Origin: Candidatus Dojkabacteria bacterium
GTDB taxonomy: Bacteria > Patescibacteriota > Dojkabacteria > J137
Length of the DNA: 64,000 nucleotides
NCBI GenBank assembly: GCA_025993875.1
Contig: JAMQHH010000013.1
Coordinates: 8,459-72,458, forward strand
Direction: 5' to 3'
The notes under the pieces are model-generated. The model did not search any database, was not told the DNA's origin, and saw only the letters and a program-made list of their open reading frames with translations. The position numbers were made by a program, and so were the translations under genes. This document shows, one piece after another, positions 1 through 9,294 of this stretch; within the stretch, counting starts at the first letter, position 1; each line of letters begins with the position of its first letter.

Positions 1-317
1 GCGGATTAAATATTGAAGACTGCCTTAACATTACCCATTCACTTGTAAATGAGTTTAAGCTGCTTTTGGCCTCAAGAGGGATAATACTGGAGGTACCTGC
101 AAAGATCGAGGAACTTATTAATAATAACGGATATTCAAAAGAATATGGTGCTCGTAATATAAAAAGATCAATCCAGGAGTATCTCGAAAATCCACTGGCA
201 GAATTCCTAATGGCGATACCTTCAAAAAAACTTGATGCCGCTAAAAATAGAATTAAAACAGTTAGAGCCTATCTTGAAAAAGACGGGAAAACCGTAAAAT
301 TCAAACTTCTGGGATAA
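1..317 (+). CDS. C-terminal fragment of a Clp/Hsp100 AAA+ chaperone (ClpB/ClpC D2-small domain); N-terminus lies upstream of the window
   Basis: The frame is open from nt 3 with no start in the window. The translation ...GYSKEYGARNIKRSIQEYLENPLAEFL... matches the ClpB/ClpC C-terminal D2-small region (GARPLRR-like motif). Confidence 0.6.
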   Translation, partial: GLNIEDCLNITHSLVNEFKLLLASRGIILEVPAKIEELINNNGYSKEYGARNIKRSIQEYLENPLAEFLMAIPSKKLDAAKNRIKTVRAYLEKDGKTVKFKLLG

Positions 318-486
318 CAAGCCTCGAAATTACCCTGCAGGAAAGAATTCCGCTATAAACGCCATGGCAGGCTACACAATAAAGAAAATGTTTCCTGTTT
401 TGGGTAGCATAATTTTTTATACAAAATTATAGCCTACCCAACAAGCGTTATTGGCTGTATTTTCAAATCCTTGAATTATATAGGAC

Positions 487-514
487 TTGACTTTTAAATA
501 TTATAGGGTATAAT
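487..514 (+). promoter_or_regulatory. Candidate sigma70-type promoter (TTGACT, 16-nt spacer, TATAAT) driving a long rho leader
   Basis: TTGACT at 487-492 and TATAAT at 509-514 were read directly. It sits about 340 nt upstream of the rho start. Confidence 0.35.
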
Positions 515-855
515 ATAGATAGTTTAACAATCGAATATATTGTTAGTCGTTCCCAAAGTCTGGTTCGCGTACACTGTGTACCAATGGTACATAGACTTAC
601 TGGACTTTTGGATTGGTTAACAATATATCTTCAGATAAACTTGACAACGGCAAAATTTCATTTTATTTTTAGGTTAGGCTGCTGTGAAGAATTTTAGATA
701 TTCCTTAAATAAATTTCATTTAGTAACTTGGCAGAATCCAATTTTTATTTACAGAAAGCATAATAAAAAGCTTAAGCTAGGCTAATTTTTAACCGGCTTA
801 GAGTATTATTTCAATTTATATTTTTTAAATCACTAATATTTAATTTTTTCACATT

Positions 856-2145
856 ATGACTACAAACAAGGACAATATTGTTAAGTCTACCAGCATTAAA
901 GAGCTGGAGGAACAGACTTTACCTGAACTTAGAAAACACGCTGCAGAACTTTTGATTAAAAATTCACAAGATTTTAAAAAAAACGAGCTGATATTAGCAA
1001 TTTTGGCAGAGGAGACAAAAAGAGGTGGTAATATATTTGCAGAGGGCTTTTTAGAGCTTGTCAAAGATACTCATGGCGTTTTAAGATCCCCAACAATGCT
1101 CCCCGATGAAAACGATGTGTATGTTTCCGGCTCACAAATAAAAAGGTTTAATTTAAGGCAAGGAGACTTTATCTCCGGCCAGGCAAGGCCTCCAAAAGAT
1201 AGTGAGAGGTACTTAAGCCTTTTAAAGATAGAGGCTATAAATGGAATGAGTCCCGAAAAGGCTCTTACCAGAAAAGCCTTTACCTCCATGACTCCAATTT
1301 ACCCCGATAAACAAATTAAGCTTGAAACCGATCAGCATACATTGTCTACCAGGATAATCGACTTAATATCTCCAATAGGAAAAGGACAAAGAGGTATGAT
1401 TGTAGCTCCTCCCAAAGCCGGTAAAACTTGGCTTATGAAGGATATAGCTGCAGGGGTAGCTAAAAATCATCCAGAAATTCATCTTATGGTTGTTTTAGTT
1501 GGCGAAAGACCGGAGGAAGTTACAGATATGCAAAGATTTGTAAAAGGTGAGGTTATTGCAGCCAATTTTGATGAACCTCCAGAATACCATACAAAAATTG
1601 CCGAAATGGCAATAGAAAGAGCAAAAAGACTAGTCGAATACGGAAAAGATGTAGTTCTTTTAATGGATTCCATAACACGTCTAGCCAGAGCATATAACAT
1701 AGTAGAGCCGCCTTCTGGTAGAACACTTTCGGGTGGATTTGATCCTAAAGCAATCTTTCCCCCTAAAAAATTTTTTGGAGCAGCAAGAAATATGGAAGAT
1801 GGTGGAAGTCTTACAATTATAGCCACGGCATTGGTCGATACAGGCAGTAAAATGGACGAGGTTATTTTTGAGGAGTTTAAGGGAACAGGAAACATGGAGG
1901 TAAAATTAGACAGAAAACTAACTGAACGTAGAATTTTCCCTGCAATAGATGTTTCCTCTTCTTACACCAGAAATGAGGATAAACTCTTGGATTCCAATAC
2001 TTTAGCGCAAACATGGAGAGTAGTAAGAATGCTCGATACAATAAAAAACGAAACCAACATGAGTCCAACAGATGTATTATTAGAGCGATTAAAGAAAACA
2101 AAAAACAACGAAGAGTTTCTTGCAACTTTACACGAGAGTATGTAA
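856..2145 (+). CDS. rho: Transcription termination factor Rho
   Basis: The 429-aa product has an N-terminal RNA-binding region followed by a RecA-like ATPase (Walker [10 protein letters not shown] loops). It aligns globally with Rho. Confidence 0.93.
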   Translation: MTTNKDNIVKSTSIKELEEQTLPELRKHAAELLIKNSQDFKKNELILAILAEETKRGGNIFAEGFLELVKDTHGVLRSPTMLPDENDVYVSGSQIKRFNLRQGDFISGQARPPKDSERYLSLLKIEAINGMSPEKALTRKAFTSMTPIYPDKQIKLETDQHTLSTRIIDLISPIGKGQRGMIVAPPKAGKTWLMKDIAAGVAKNHPEIHLMVVLVGERPEEVTDMQRFVKGEVIAANFDEPPEYHTKIAEMAIERAKRLVEYGKDVVLLMDSITRLARAYNIVEPPSGRTLSGGFDPKAIFPPKKFFGAARNMEDGGSLTIIATALVDTGSKMDEVIFEEFKGTGNMEVKLDRKLTERRIFPAIDVSSSYTRNEDKLLDSNTLAQTWRVVRMLDTIKNETNMSPTDVLLERLKKTKNNEEFLATLHESM

Positions 2146-2173
2146 TGCCTTTTGACAATGGTATAATCTGAGT

Positions 2174-3283
2174 ATGCCCAAGGTACTCAAGTCTTTTAGG
2201 AAAATAACAAAAAGAGCTTCTTCAATGCAGGCCGATATAAAGGCAAGGACTGTTTATAAAATGTACTGGGGAAGAACTTCTTTATACAGGTTAATTACCC
2301 ATGTTTTTCTGGTTTTCTTAACATCAACAACGCTTCTAACCGGTATCTATTCTAGATTTAGTAGTTCGCACTCCGACACACTTGTTGCTGGTTTCCTGCC
2401 CGTAGGCAATGTAGACTTGGTAGAACAAGGCGGAAATATCGAGGTATTAAATGTTCAAAATCCCAATATATATTTTAGGGTTTTTGACTATACTGTTTTA
2501 AACGGTGATACTTTAGATACTATAGCCGATAAATATTCCGTTAAAAAAGACACTATAAAATGGGCAAATCCTAAAGTAGATTATTATAGCGAAGTAATTA
2601 TCCCGGGAGATATACTAAGAATTCCCGAAATAAACGGAGTATTATACGAAGTAAAAGAAGGGGATACGCTCGACTCGGTAGCGCAAAAAACTTCTGGGGA
2701 TCGTTTTGTAATAGCAGAATTAAATTACCTTGAGGCTCCGCAATATAATTTAAACCCCGGAAGTAAAATTTTAATTCCAGATGGGTTTTTGCCTCCTCCA
2801 CCAACACCCCCACCTCTAATTCCAATGCAAAATAAATGGAGGGTTCCTACCAACGAAGGGATAAACATTGCTTATGCTTCGGAATATGCCGGAATACCTA
2901 TTGTTAACCCCCTTTCTAACCCCGATTGCACCGGATATATTTTTACAAGGGGCTGGGCAGTTTACTGGGACGGGTTTCATAATGGTCTAGATTTAGCTAA
3001 ATATGGAGGCTGCCCTATTAGGGCTATTGCTTCTGGTACTGTAATTTCGGCTGGCTGGAACTACTGGGGTGGGGGCTATACCGTAGTGATCGATCATGGT
3101 ACAGGCTTGGTTTCTCAATATTTGCACGGCGAAACTATATGGGTATCGGCAGGAGAATATGTATCTGCCGGACAGGAGATTATGTACATGGGAACAACCG
3201 GCAATTCTACAGGTGTTCACCTTCACTTAACCTTAAAAATAGACAATGTAGCTATAGACCCTACAACATATGTACCTTACTAA
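2174..3283 (+). CDS. LysM-domain M23 (lysostaphin-type) peptidoglycan endopeptidase
   Basis: It has an N-terminal TM segment and LysM-like repeats (DTLDTIADKY..., GDTLDSVAQK...). The C-terminal M23 region shows its signatures HNGLDLA ... VIDHG ... GNSTGVHLHL. Confidence 0.85.
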   Translation: MPKVLKSFRKITKRASSMQADIKARTVYKMYWGRTSLYRLITHVFLVFLTSTTLLTGIYSRFSSSHSDTLVAGFLPVGNVDLVEQGGNIEVLNVQNPNIYFRVFDYTVLNGDTLDTIADKYSVKKDTIKWANPKVDYYSEVIIPGDILRIPEINGVLYEVKEGDTLDSVAQKTSGDRFVIAELNYLEAPQYNLNPGSKILIPDGFLPPPPTPPPLIPMQNKWRVPTNEGINIAYASEYAGIPIVNPLSNPDCTGYIFTRGWAVYWDGFHNGLDLAKYGGCPIRAIASGTVISAGWNYWGGGYTVVIDHGTGLVSQYLHGETIWVSAGEYVSAGQEIMYMGTTGNSTGVHLHLTLKIDNVAIDPTTYVPY

Positions 3284-3488
3284 GCCTACACAAAATTAGA
3301 TACGGAAAATTTACGCAAACACAGCTTTTTTAGCTAATATAATAGCTATCTGAAAGCATAAAAAATAGACGCAAATCATTTCTTGTAATAGTTTATCGGT
3401 AAAATTTAATGCAGAAAATGTAAAAAGGTAATATAATTTTACTCTGAGTGGCTTAAACCCAAGCGTTATAGTATAATTTCAAATTAAT

Positions 3489-3561
3489 GCCCTTGTAGCT
3501 CAATGGATAGAGCAATCCCGTCCTAAGGGAGAGGTTGAAGGTTCAACTCCTTCCAAGGGCA
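3489..3561 (+). tRNA. tRNA-Arg (anticodon CCT)
   Basis: A 73-nt cloverleaf: acceptor GCCCTTG/CAAGGGC, D-arm GCTC..GAGC, anticodon loop GTCCTAA, and T-arm GAAGG-TTCAACT-CCTTC. A TATAAT sits at about 3465-3476 upstream. Confidence 0.85.
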
Positions 3562-3591
3562 ATTAGATTTATTTATTATTTCGTTTTTTTT

Positions 3592-4200
3592 ATGAAATCT
3601 TCAACACAGTTTTACGAAAGAACCCTTATTCTTCTAAAACCGGATACTGTTCAAAGAGGTCTAATTGGAGAAATTATTTCGAGGTTCGAAAAAAAAGGAT
3701 TAAAAATAGTAGCAATGAAGATGATATGGCCGACAAAAAAAATGGCCGAAAAACATTACTATTGGTCGGATGAAGAAAAAACGAAAACGGGTAGTAGAAC
3801 AATAGATATTTACAAAGAAAAAGGGCTTCCAATAACTAAAACTGCAATTGAGTATGCTGAAAATGTTCAAAAAAGGCTATCTAAATTTTTAGTTGCCGGG
3901 CCAATAGTAGCCATGGTAATAGAAGGTGCTCATGTTATTCAGCATGTAAGAAAATTAGTAGGACATGGGAGTCCCTTGCAAGCAGATGTTGGCACAATAA
4001 GAGCAGACTTTACAATCGATTCATATCTCCTAGCAGACGAGGCAGATAGAGTCGCAAGAAATTTAGTGCACGCATCGAGCAGTGTAGAAGAAGCGGAAAG
4101 AGAGATTAAAGTTTGGTTTAAAGAGGAGGAGATAAGTGATTATGAACTTGCAATCGAAAGAATTCTTTATTCCAAGGAGTGGGAACAAAAAAACAGCTAA
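3592..4200 (+). CDS. ndk: Nucleoside diphosphate kinase-like protein with an internal insertion and a C-terminal extension
   Basis: NDK hallmarks are present: LILLKPD, the Kpn-loop GTIRADF, and NLVHASSSVEEAEREIKVWF (catalytic His retained). The product is about 200 aa against the usual about 140. The start was moved from the track's 3535, which overlaps the tRNA, to the in-frame Met at 3592. Confidence 0.75.
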   Translation: MKSSTQFYERTLILLKPDTVQRGLIGEIISRFEKKGLKIVAMKMIWPTKKMAEKHYYWSDEEKTKTGSRTIDIYKEKGLPITKTAIEYAENVQKRLSKFLVAGPIVAMVIEGAHVIQHVRKLVGHGSPLQADVGTIRADFTIDSYLLADEADRVARNLVHASSSVEEAEREIKVWFKEEEISDYELAIERILYSKEWEQKNS

Positions 4201-4217
4201 TTGGTTTCTAAAATGAA

Positions 4218-5234
4218 ATGCTTAAATCAATATTCAATCCAAGGCAGTTTGCAATAGATTTTGGCACTGCTAATTGTATTATTATCGAAAAAGGTAAAGG
4301 AATAGTTTTAAGTGAGCCTACAGTTGTTGCAGTCTCCCCAAAAGAAAAAAAAGTAATATCTATTGGGTCTGATGCAAAAGAGATGCTCGGTAAAGTTCCC
4401 GAAGGGCTGGAGGCCAGAAGACCATTAAAAAATGGAGGTATAGCCAATTACAGACTGGCAGAGGCACTTTTAAGAAAATTTTTCGATCGAATACTAGGTC
4501 CTTTGCGAATAGTTCGCCCTGTTGTTATAGTTTCTGTGCCGGCTAGCATGAACTCGGTCGAAGAGAGGGCAATTATTAAGGCGTTAAGATCACTAAGAGT
4601 TGCTAAGATTTACTTATTTCCCGAGCCCGTTGCCGCCGCGGTTGGCGCAAAACTTCCAATACATACTTCATCCGGTAATTTTATTGCTAATCTTGGTGCA
4701 GGAACGGCGGAAATTGCTGTTTTATCTTTAAACGGAATAGTCGCAATGGAATCTCATAGGGGAGCAGGGGATGCAATAAATAGTGAAATAATAAATTATG
4801 TTAAAGGGGCTCATAATCTAATTATCGGTGAACAAACCGCCGAAAAACTTAAAATCGAAATTGGGTATGCCGTGGATCCCAAAGAAAGGTCTTTAGTTGT
4901 TAGCGGGAAAGATGCAAAAAGCGGACAGCCCGAAACCAAGGAGATCTTTGCAAAGGAACTTATAAGGCCGGTTCGAAACGTTCTCGACTATATAGTCGAA
5001 TCTATTAAAAGAGTTTTAGCTAAAACACCTCCGGAACTGGTTTCGGATATAGTTGACAGAGGAATAGTGTTAAGCGGCGGAACTGCGCTAGTTAACAATA
5101 TAGATATCTATTTATCTAATCAATTAGGAATAAATGCACACGTTGTAGACGAACCACTAAAGGCGGTGGTTAAAGGTTTGAACATAGTTCTAGATAACAT
5201 AGACGATTTTAAAAGAAGTGTGAGATATGAATAA
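4218..5234 (+). CDS. Actin-like ATPase, MreB family (paralog 1)
   Basis: The phosphate-1 motif AIDFGTAN is present, along with LSEPTVVAV and the SGGTA adenosine motif. This is the Hsp70/actin fold, matching MreB overall. Confidence 0.8.
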   Translation: MLKSIFNPRQFAIDFGTANCIIIEKGKGIVLSEPTVVAVSPKEKKVISIGSDAKEMLGKVPEGLEARRPLKNGGIANYRLAEALLRKFFDRILGPLRIVRPVVIVSVPASMNSVEERAIIKALRSLRVAKIYLFPEPVAAAVGAKLPIHTSSGNFIANLGAGTAEIAVLSLNGIVAMESHRGAGDAINSEIINYVKGAHNLIIGEQTAEKLKIEIGYAVDPKERSLVVSGKDAKSGQPETKEIFAKELIRPVRNVLDYIVESIKRVLAKTPPELVSDIVDRGIVLSGGTALVNNIDIYLSNQLGINAHVVDEPLKAVVKGLNIVLDNIDDFKRSVRYE

Positions 5235-5250
5235 AAAAATAGCTAACTTT

Positions 5251-6678
5251 TTATTTTTTGCTTGGATCAATTATAAATTTTGTAAGATCTTTTTTCCCAA
5301 TAATAATTTTGTATTCAAGATTTTCTCTTTTACTTGCTGTTGCATTAGAGAAGATTTCTATGCCATCGATAATCATTTTAACATCAATAATTGGTCTTAA
5401 CGAAAAACCGTGTGCAGATTTTACGATTAATCTTGACTTAATAAAATTATTTTCTTTTATATCACCGGATTTAATTTTTAAATCTCTTTCTTCACTAACT
5501 TTTTTTGCGCTTTCAAAACTACTAAAAAGTGGGTAATTAAATGAATTGAAATAGCTTATTGAGTCGGCATATCCTAATTCTATAAGAATATCTTCATTTA
5601 GTGAGGTTCTATCAGCGCCTGTATCAATTTTAGCTGGTACTTCAATTTCTTTGCCGTTAATTCCTATTAATTTTACCTTCTCTATTATCCCAATAACCTT
5701 TTTACCCGAAATCTGTTCAATCTCTTCTTCAATCTCGCCGCCGAAAAGGTCTTTTCCCAGTCTAATACCTTGATCGGTAGATTTCACTTTTAAATTTTTA
5801 GCTTTTTCAAGTCTCCAGAGAAGACCATCGTTATTTGCCAACTGAATAGAAAGTCCCGGTCTAGCATTTAACTCTACAGTAACCGGTCCGTTGTCTCTAT
5901 CAATTAAAAAATCTATTGCACCATAATTAAGATGAGTAATTTTACTTGCCTCAATTGCTAGTCTTAAAATTCTATCCCAATATGGAATTTTTATACCTGA
6001 TAAAGAGAGATTTTTTCCCGGAATAAAATTTATAGCTTTTGATTTTCCAATAATGGCGTGTGTAGTTTTCCCAACAGAAATGTCTATTCCCGCACCTATG
6101 GCCCCTAAATCCAAGTTGGCCTTTCCTTCCGATTCGACAGTTGGAATTCTTATGTAGCTCATTATAGGGATTTTGTTAAAAACAATTATTCTTATATCTG
6201 GGGCTCCCTTATAGGCAAAATTTTTAAAATTTTTATGTGTTTTAACTCTTTCTTCAATAAGGACGTAATCAGACTGGTTAAACAGGGAATACCTTCCATC
6301 TATAATATCCTTGGCTAAAGCTTTAAGATCAGTTATAGTATATTTTTTCCCCGACGCACCGATCCATTTATTTTCTTTATTTCTATTAAAAATTATCTCA
6401 ATGCCTCCGCCTCTGGCACCTTTGGACGGCTTAATAACAAATGATTTAGGAAGAGTTTCAAAATCATAGCTCTCCACATCACTATAATTTTTAAAAACTT
6501 TTATAGTTTTAGGTACTGGAATAGCTGCTTTACTTAGATATTTTTTGCTTAACAGTTTATTATCGGCAATTTTTTTTGCATGCTTAAGATTATAAGGTCT
6601 AATAAAATAGAGCCCTCTTTGGTTTAATCCAAGTATCTCATTTGATCTTTTTATTGCCTTAATTAGTTTCTTAATCAT
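5251..6678 (-). CDS. RimK-like ATP-grasp amidoligase fused to a C-terminal retropepsin-like (RimB/DUF785-type) aspartic-protease domain
   Basis: The N-terminal 300 aa or so have ATP-grasp features (KPSKGARGGGIE, ELNARPG). The C-terminal region (about residues 330-475) carries IEVPAKIDTGADRTSL, a D-T/S-G-A catalytic motif of the retropepsin-like 'ATP-dependent zinc protease' family. Confidence 0.65.
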   Translation of the reverse strand: MIKKLIKAIKRSNEILGLNQRGLYFIRPYNLKHAKKIADNKLLSKKYLSKAAIPVPKTIKVFKNYSDVESYDFETLPKSFVIKPSKGARGGGIEIIFNRNKENKWIGASGKKYTITDLKALAKDIIDGRYSLFNQSDYVLIEERVKTHKNFKNFAYKGAPDIRIIVFNKIPIMSYIRIPTVESEGKANLDLGAIGAGIDISVGKTTHAIIGKSKAINFIPGKNLSLSGIKIPYWDRILRLAIEASKITHLNYGAIDFLIDRDNGPVTVELNARPGLSIQLANNDGLLWRLEKAKNLKVKSTDQGIRLGKDLFGGEIEEEIEQISGKKVIGIIEKVKLIGINGKEIEVPAKIDTGADRTSLNEDILIELGYADSISYFNSFNYPLFSSFESAKKVSEERDLKIKSGDIKENNFIKSRLIVKSAHGFSLRPIIDVKMIIDGIEIFSNATASKRENLEYKIIIGKKDLTKFIIDPSKK

Positions 6679-7372
6679 TTTCCCTAAATATTATCTTTCT
6701 AAATCTAATATATTCAGTTAATCTTAATCCTAAAAATCTCCCAACAACTATATTAAGTAAAATTACTATTAGTATTGATAGAGGCCAGTTATAGAACAAA
6801 TTTGATACAACGTTTATTGATATTATAATGTAACATATTCCACTAGTAATCAGGGTTTCTATTGCTACGATTACAGCAAAGCGCACATTTTTTTTAGCTA
6901 TCATAGCCATAATTGATTCTCCTAGTAGTATTGCTATTACTATCGTTAACGGCCCCGCATAAATAATGTTTGTAACATCAAGATATGCAAAAAACACAAT
7001 TATCAGTACAAAAATCATTGAGAGACCAGTTATGATTAATGATAGTTTAGAAACATAGTGCAGCCTTATACCTTTTGTAAGTAAGTAAAAGATAATTGAA
7101 AAGACGCAAACAGCCAAAAATAGAAAAAGTCCGATAATAAAACCTAAAATAAAGTTTTGCTGTGAAGCAGAAATATAGCTTAATTTAAAAAATACAAAGG
7201 TTAAAAGTAAAGGCGCATATGGAGTTAAAGTTCTTAGACCTACTATATACCTTAAAATACTTATAATTGTTGCAACAACAGGAACTAAAACAATAAATTG
7301 CAACATTTGTCTTACCATTAATGGATCAACCCCCTGTGATCTTTCGATAAAAAAATTTACTATGCTTTCCAT
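6671..7372 (-). CDS. Stand-alone 7-transmembrane protein (7TM partner of an ATP-grasp/protease system); start overlaps the downstream ATP-grasp gene by 8 nt
   Basis: The 233-aa product has seven predicted hydrophobic helices and no soluble domain. It overlaps the next gene by 8 nt, so the two are translationally coupled. Confidence 0.55.
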   Translation of the reverse strand: MESIVNFFIERSQGVDPLMVRQMLQFIVLVPVVATIISILRYIVGLRTLTPYAPLLLTFVFFKLSYISASQQNFILGFIIGLFLFLAVCVFSIIFYLLTKGIRLHYVSKLSLIITGLSMIFVLIIVFFAYLDVTNIIYAGPLTIVIAILLGESIMAMIAKKNVRFAVIVAIETLITSGICYIIISINVVSNLFYNWPLSILIVILLNIVVGRFLGLRLTEYIRFRKIIFREND

Positions 7373-7422
7373 TATTTTTTTATAAAAAATATTTTTAGGT
7401 AAGTTTTCTTATTCTTAAAAAA

Positions 7423-7458
7423 AACAGGATAGAGTAGTGTTAAGCTATCTATCCTGTT
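7423..7458 (-). terminator. Rho-independent terminator downstream of rplL (perfect 11-bp stem, 12-nt loop, U-run on the minus strand)
   Basis: AACAGGATAGA at 7423-7433 pairs with TCTATCCTGTT at 7448-7458. The plus-strand A-run at 7417-7424 gives a U-tract on the minus-strand transcript. Confidence 0.6.
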
Positions 7459-7480
7459 TTGTAATAACGATTAAAATATT

Positions 7481-7873
7481 TTATTTAATCTGCACTTTTG
7501 CGCCTTCGCTCTCTAATTCTTTCTTAAGTGCCTCGGCATCTTCTTTCTTTACTCCCTCTTTTATTGCTTTAGGAGCAGATGGAGAAATTGCATCTACTAG
7601 ATCTTTGGCTTCTTTTAAGCCTAATCCTGTTGCATTTTTTACAACCTTAATAACTCCTATTTTATTGCTTCCTGCATCAGTTAAAACCACATCAAACTCG
7701 GTTTTTTCTTCTACCGGTTCGGCTGAAGCTGCTGCTGGCATCGCTGCCATAGCCATTGGAGCTGCTGCTTTTACATCAAAAGTTTCTTCCAGGGATTTTT
7801 TTAGCTCGAAAGCTTCTACCACTGAAAGCTCTTTTATTGCATCAACAATTTTTTGAACTTTGTCGGTTGCCAT
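7481..7873 (-). CDS. rplL: 50S ribosomal protein L7/L12
   Basis: [21 protein letters not shown]..., an Ala-rich hinge, and the C-terminal domain. The start was trimmed to the internal Met of the track ORF. Confidence 0.9.
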   Translation of the reverse strand: MATDKVQKIVDAIKELSVVEAFELKKSLEETFDVKAAAPMAMAAMPAAASAEPVEEKTEFDVVLTDAGSNKIGVIKVVKNATGLGLKEAKDLVDAISPSAPKAIKEGVKKEDAEALKKELESEGAKVQIK

Positions 7874-7907
7874 TTTTGAATTAATAAGAAATAAATTAAA
7901 ATAATGA

Positions 7908-8438
7908 TTATTTAAAAGACTGATCAATTATAGACATATACCCCCTTACCGGATCTTCTACAACATTTAAAATACTTGTAATTGAGCTTTCCAATATACC
8001 AAGTATTGCAGCAACACTTCCTTTTATATCTGGCATTTCTGCCAATTCACTTGCTTGCAAGGCAGTTAACAGAGCTTTGTTTAATATTCCTGCAACAATT
8101 TGTACTTTTACTCCTCCTTCTTTTGTAGTTGTACCATCAATAAATTTCTTTAGTGCTTTTGAAGGAGTTACAATATCCTCTGTTAAAAATAAAACGGCAT
8201 GCTCTCCAAATTCGAGCGATTCGATAGCAGGTAAATTACTTTCTTCCAGAGCTCTTCGCATAATTGAATTTTTTACAATATTCAATTTAGCATTTAATTT
8301 AGCTATCTCTTTTCTAAATTCTGTAGCTTCCTCTGCAGTTACCCTATTTGGTTTGATTACAATTACTCCTTCTGCTTTGTCCAGGAGTTTTTTATACTCT
8401 TCAAGTAATTTAGTTTTTTGCTTTTTTGTTTTAGCCAC
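7908..8438 (-). CDS. rplJ: 50S ribosomal protein L10
   Basis: The product is L10-like along its full length, and the gene sits in the conserved rplJ-rplL order. Confidence 0.88.
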   Translation of the reverse strand: MAKTKKQKTKLLEEYKKLLDKAEGVIVIKPNRVTAEEATEFRKEIAKLNAKLNIVKNSIMRRALEESNLPAIESLEFGEHAVLFLTEDIVTPSKALKKFIDGTTTKEGGVKVQIVAGILNKALLTALQASELAEMPDIKGSVAAILGILESSITSILNVVEDPVRGYMSIIDQSFK

Positions 8439-8589
8439 TTTAAGCTTTAATAAAAATTAAAAAGACGCCCCAGGCGCCCTAAACACTCTTTAGTTTTATG
8501 CAATCATTTTACAACTGCACAATTATAACTAAAGACTAATTTTAAGCGTCTCGGTAGGACTTAATCTGCCTACTGTCTTAGACTTGAAA

Positions 8590-9276
8590 TTACAAACTTT
8601 TGATTATACCACTAATGTCCAGTTTTATGCCACTTCCCATTGTAGGTGAAACAGTTATTTTCTTAAAAGGATTAACATTAATTCTTTTTGCTTCAGCGTA
8701 AATTGCCTTTACTGCTTCGAATATATTGGCTGAAATTTGCTCTGGTGCCATATCTAACTTTGCAACCTTTAGCCTAATTACATTTTGATCCTGGGCAGAT
8801 TTAAAATTAGTCTTTCCTGCTTTAAAGCTATGTACTGCCTTTTCAATATCTTCTGTTACTGTTCCATTTTTAGGATTTGGCATTAAACCTTTGGGACCAA
8901 GAGTTTTTCCTAGTTTTACCATTTTAGGCATCATGGAAGGCGTTGCAATTAACACATCAAAATCAATATCGCCTTTCTCAATCTCTTCTACTAAACTTGT
9001 TCCTGCTTTTGATGCGCCAGCAGCAATTGCCCTGGCTTTATCTTTTTCTTCGCATATTACTACAACTTTCTTTTGACTTCCCATTTGGAAAGGAAAATTG
9101 ATGCTTCCTCTAAAAACTTCGTTTTTGCTCTTTTCTTTTAGGTTAAGCACTACATCCAAGTCTACACTCCCTACAAATTTTGAGCGGGATAGCGAAGGGA
9201 GTAATGTACCTGCCTGGTCGATAGAATATGTTTTGTTTAAATCAACTTTCTCTGTGTTGTTTGCTTTATTTTTCAT
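8590..9276 (-). CDS. rplA: 50S ribosomal protein L1
   Basis: Full-length similarity to L1 (228 aa), in the conserved rplK-rplA order. Confidence 0.93.
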   Translation of the reverse strand: MKNKANNTEKVDLNKTYSIDQAGTLLPSLSRSKFVGSVDLDVVLNLKEKSKNEVFRGSINFPFQMGSQKKVVVICEEKDKARAIAAGASKAGTSLVEEIEKGDIDFDVLIATPSMMPKMVKLGKTLGPKGLMPNPKNGTVTEDIEKAVHSFKAGKTNFKSAQDQNVIRLKVAKLDMAPEQISANIFEAVKAIYAEAKRINVNPFKKITVSPTMGSGIKLDISGIIKSL

Positions 9277-9294
9277 AAATTTCTTAAAAATATC

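Noticed and set aside
1479-2158. 138-aa and 93-aa minus-strand ORFs
   Set aside because: They lie antisense inside rho with no independent signals. These are typical shadow ORFs of an AT-rich genome.
2146-2173. TTGACA immediately followed after 4 nt by TATAAT upstream of the M23 peptidase
   Set aside because: The spacing is far too short for a -35/-10 pair. At most it is an extended -10 (TGgTATAAT).
3535-3591. N-terminal 19 codons of the track ORF 3535-4200
   Set aside because: They overlap the 3' half of tRNA-Arg, so the ndk start was reassigned to the in-frame Met at 3592.
7437-7856. 139-aa plus-strand ORF
   Set aside because: It lies antisense within rplL. The low-complexity Ala/Ser-rich translation is the reverse-strand shadow of the L7/L12 Ala-rich hinge, and its 5' end covers the rplL terminator hairpin.
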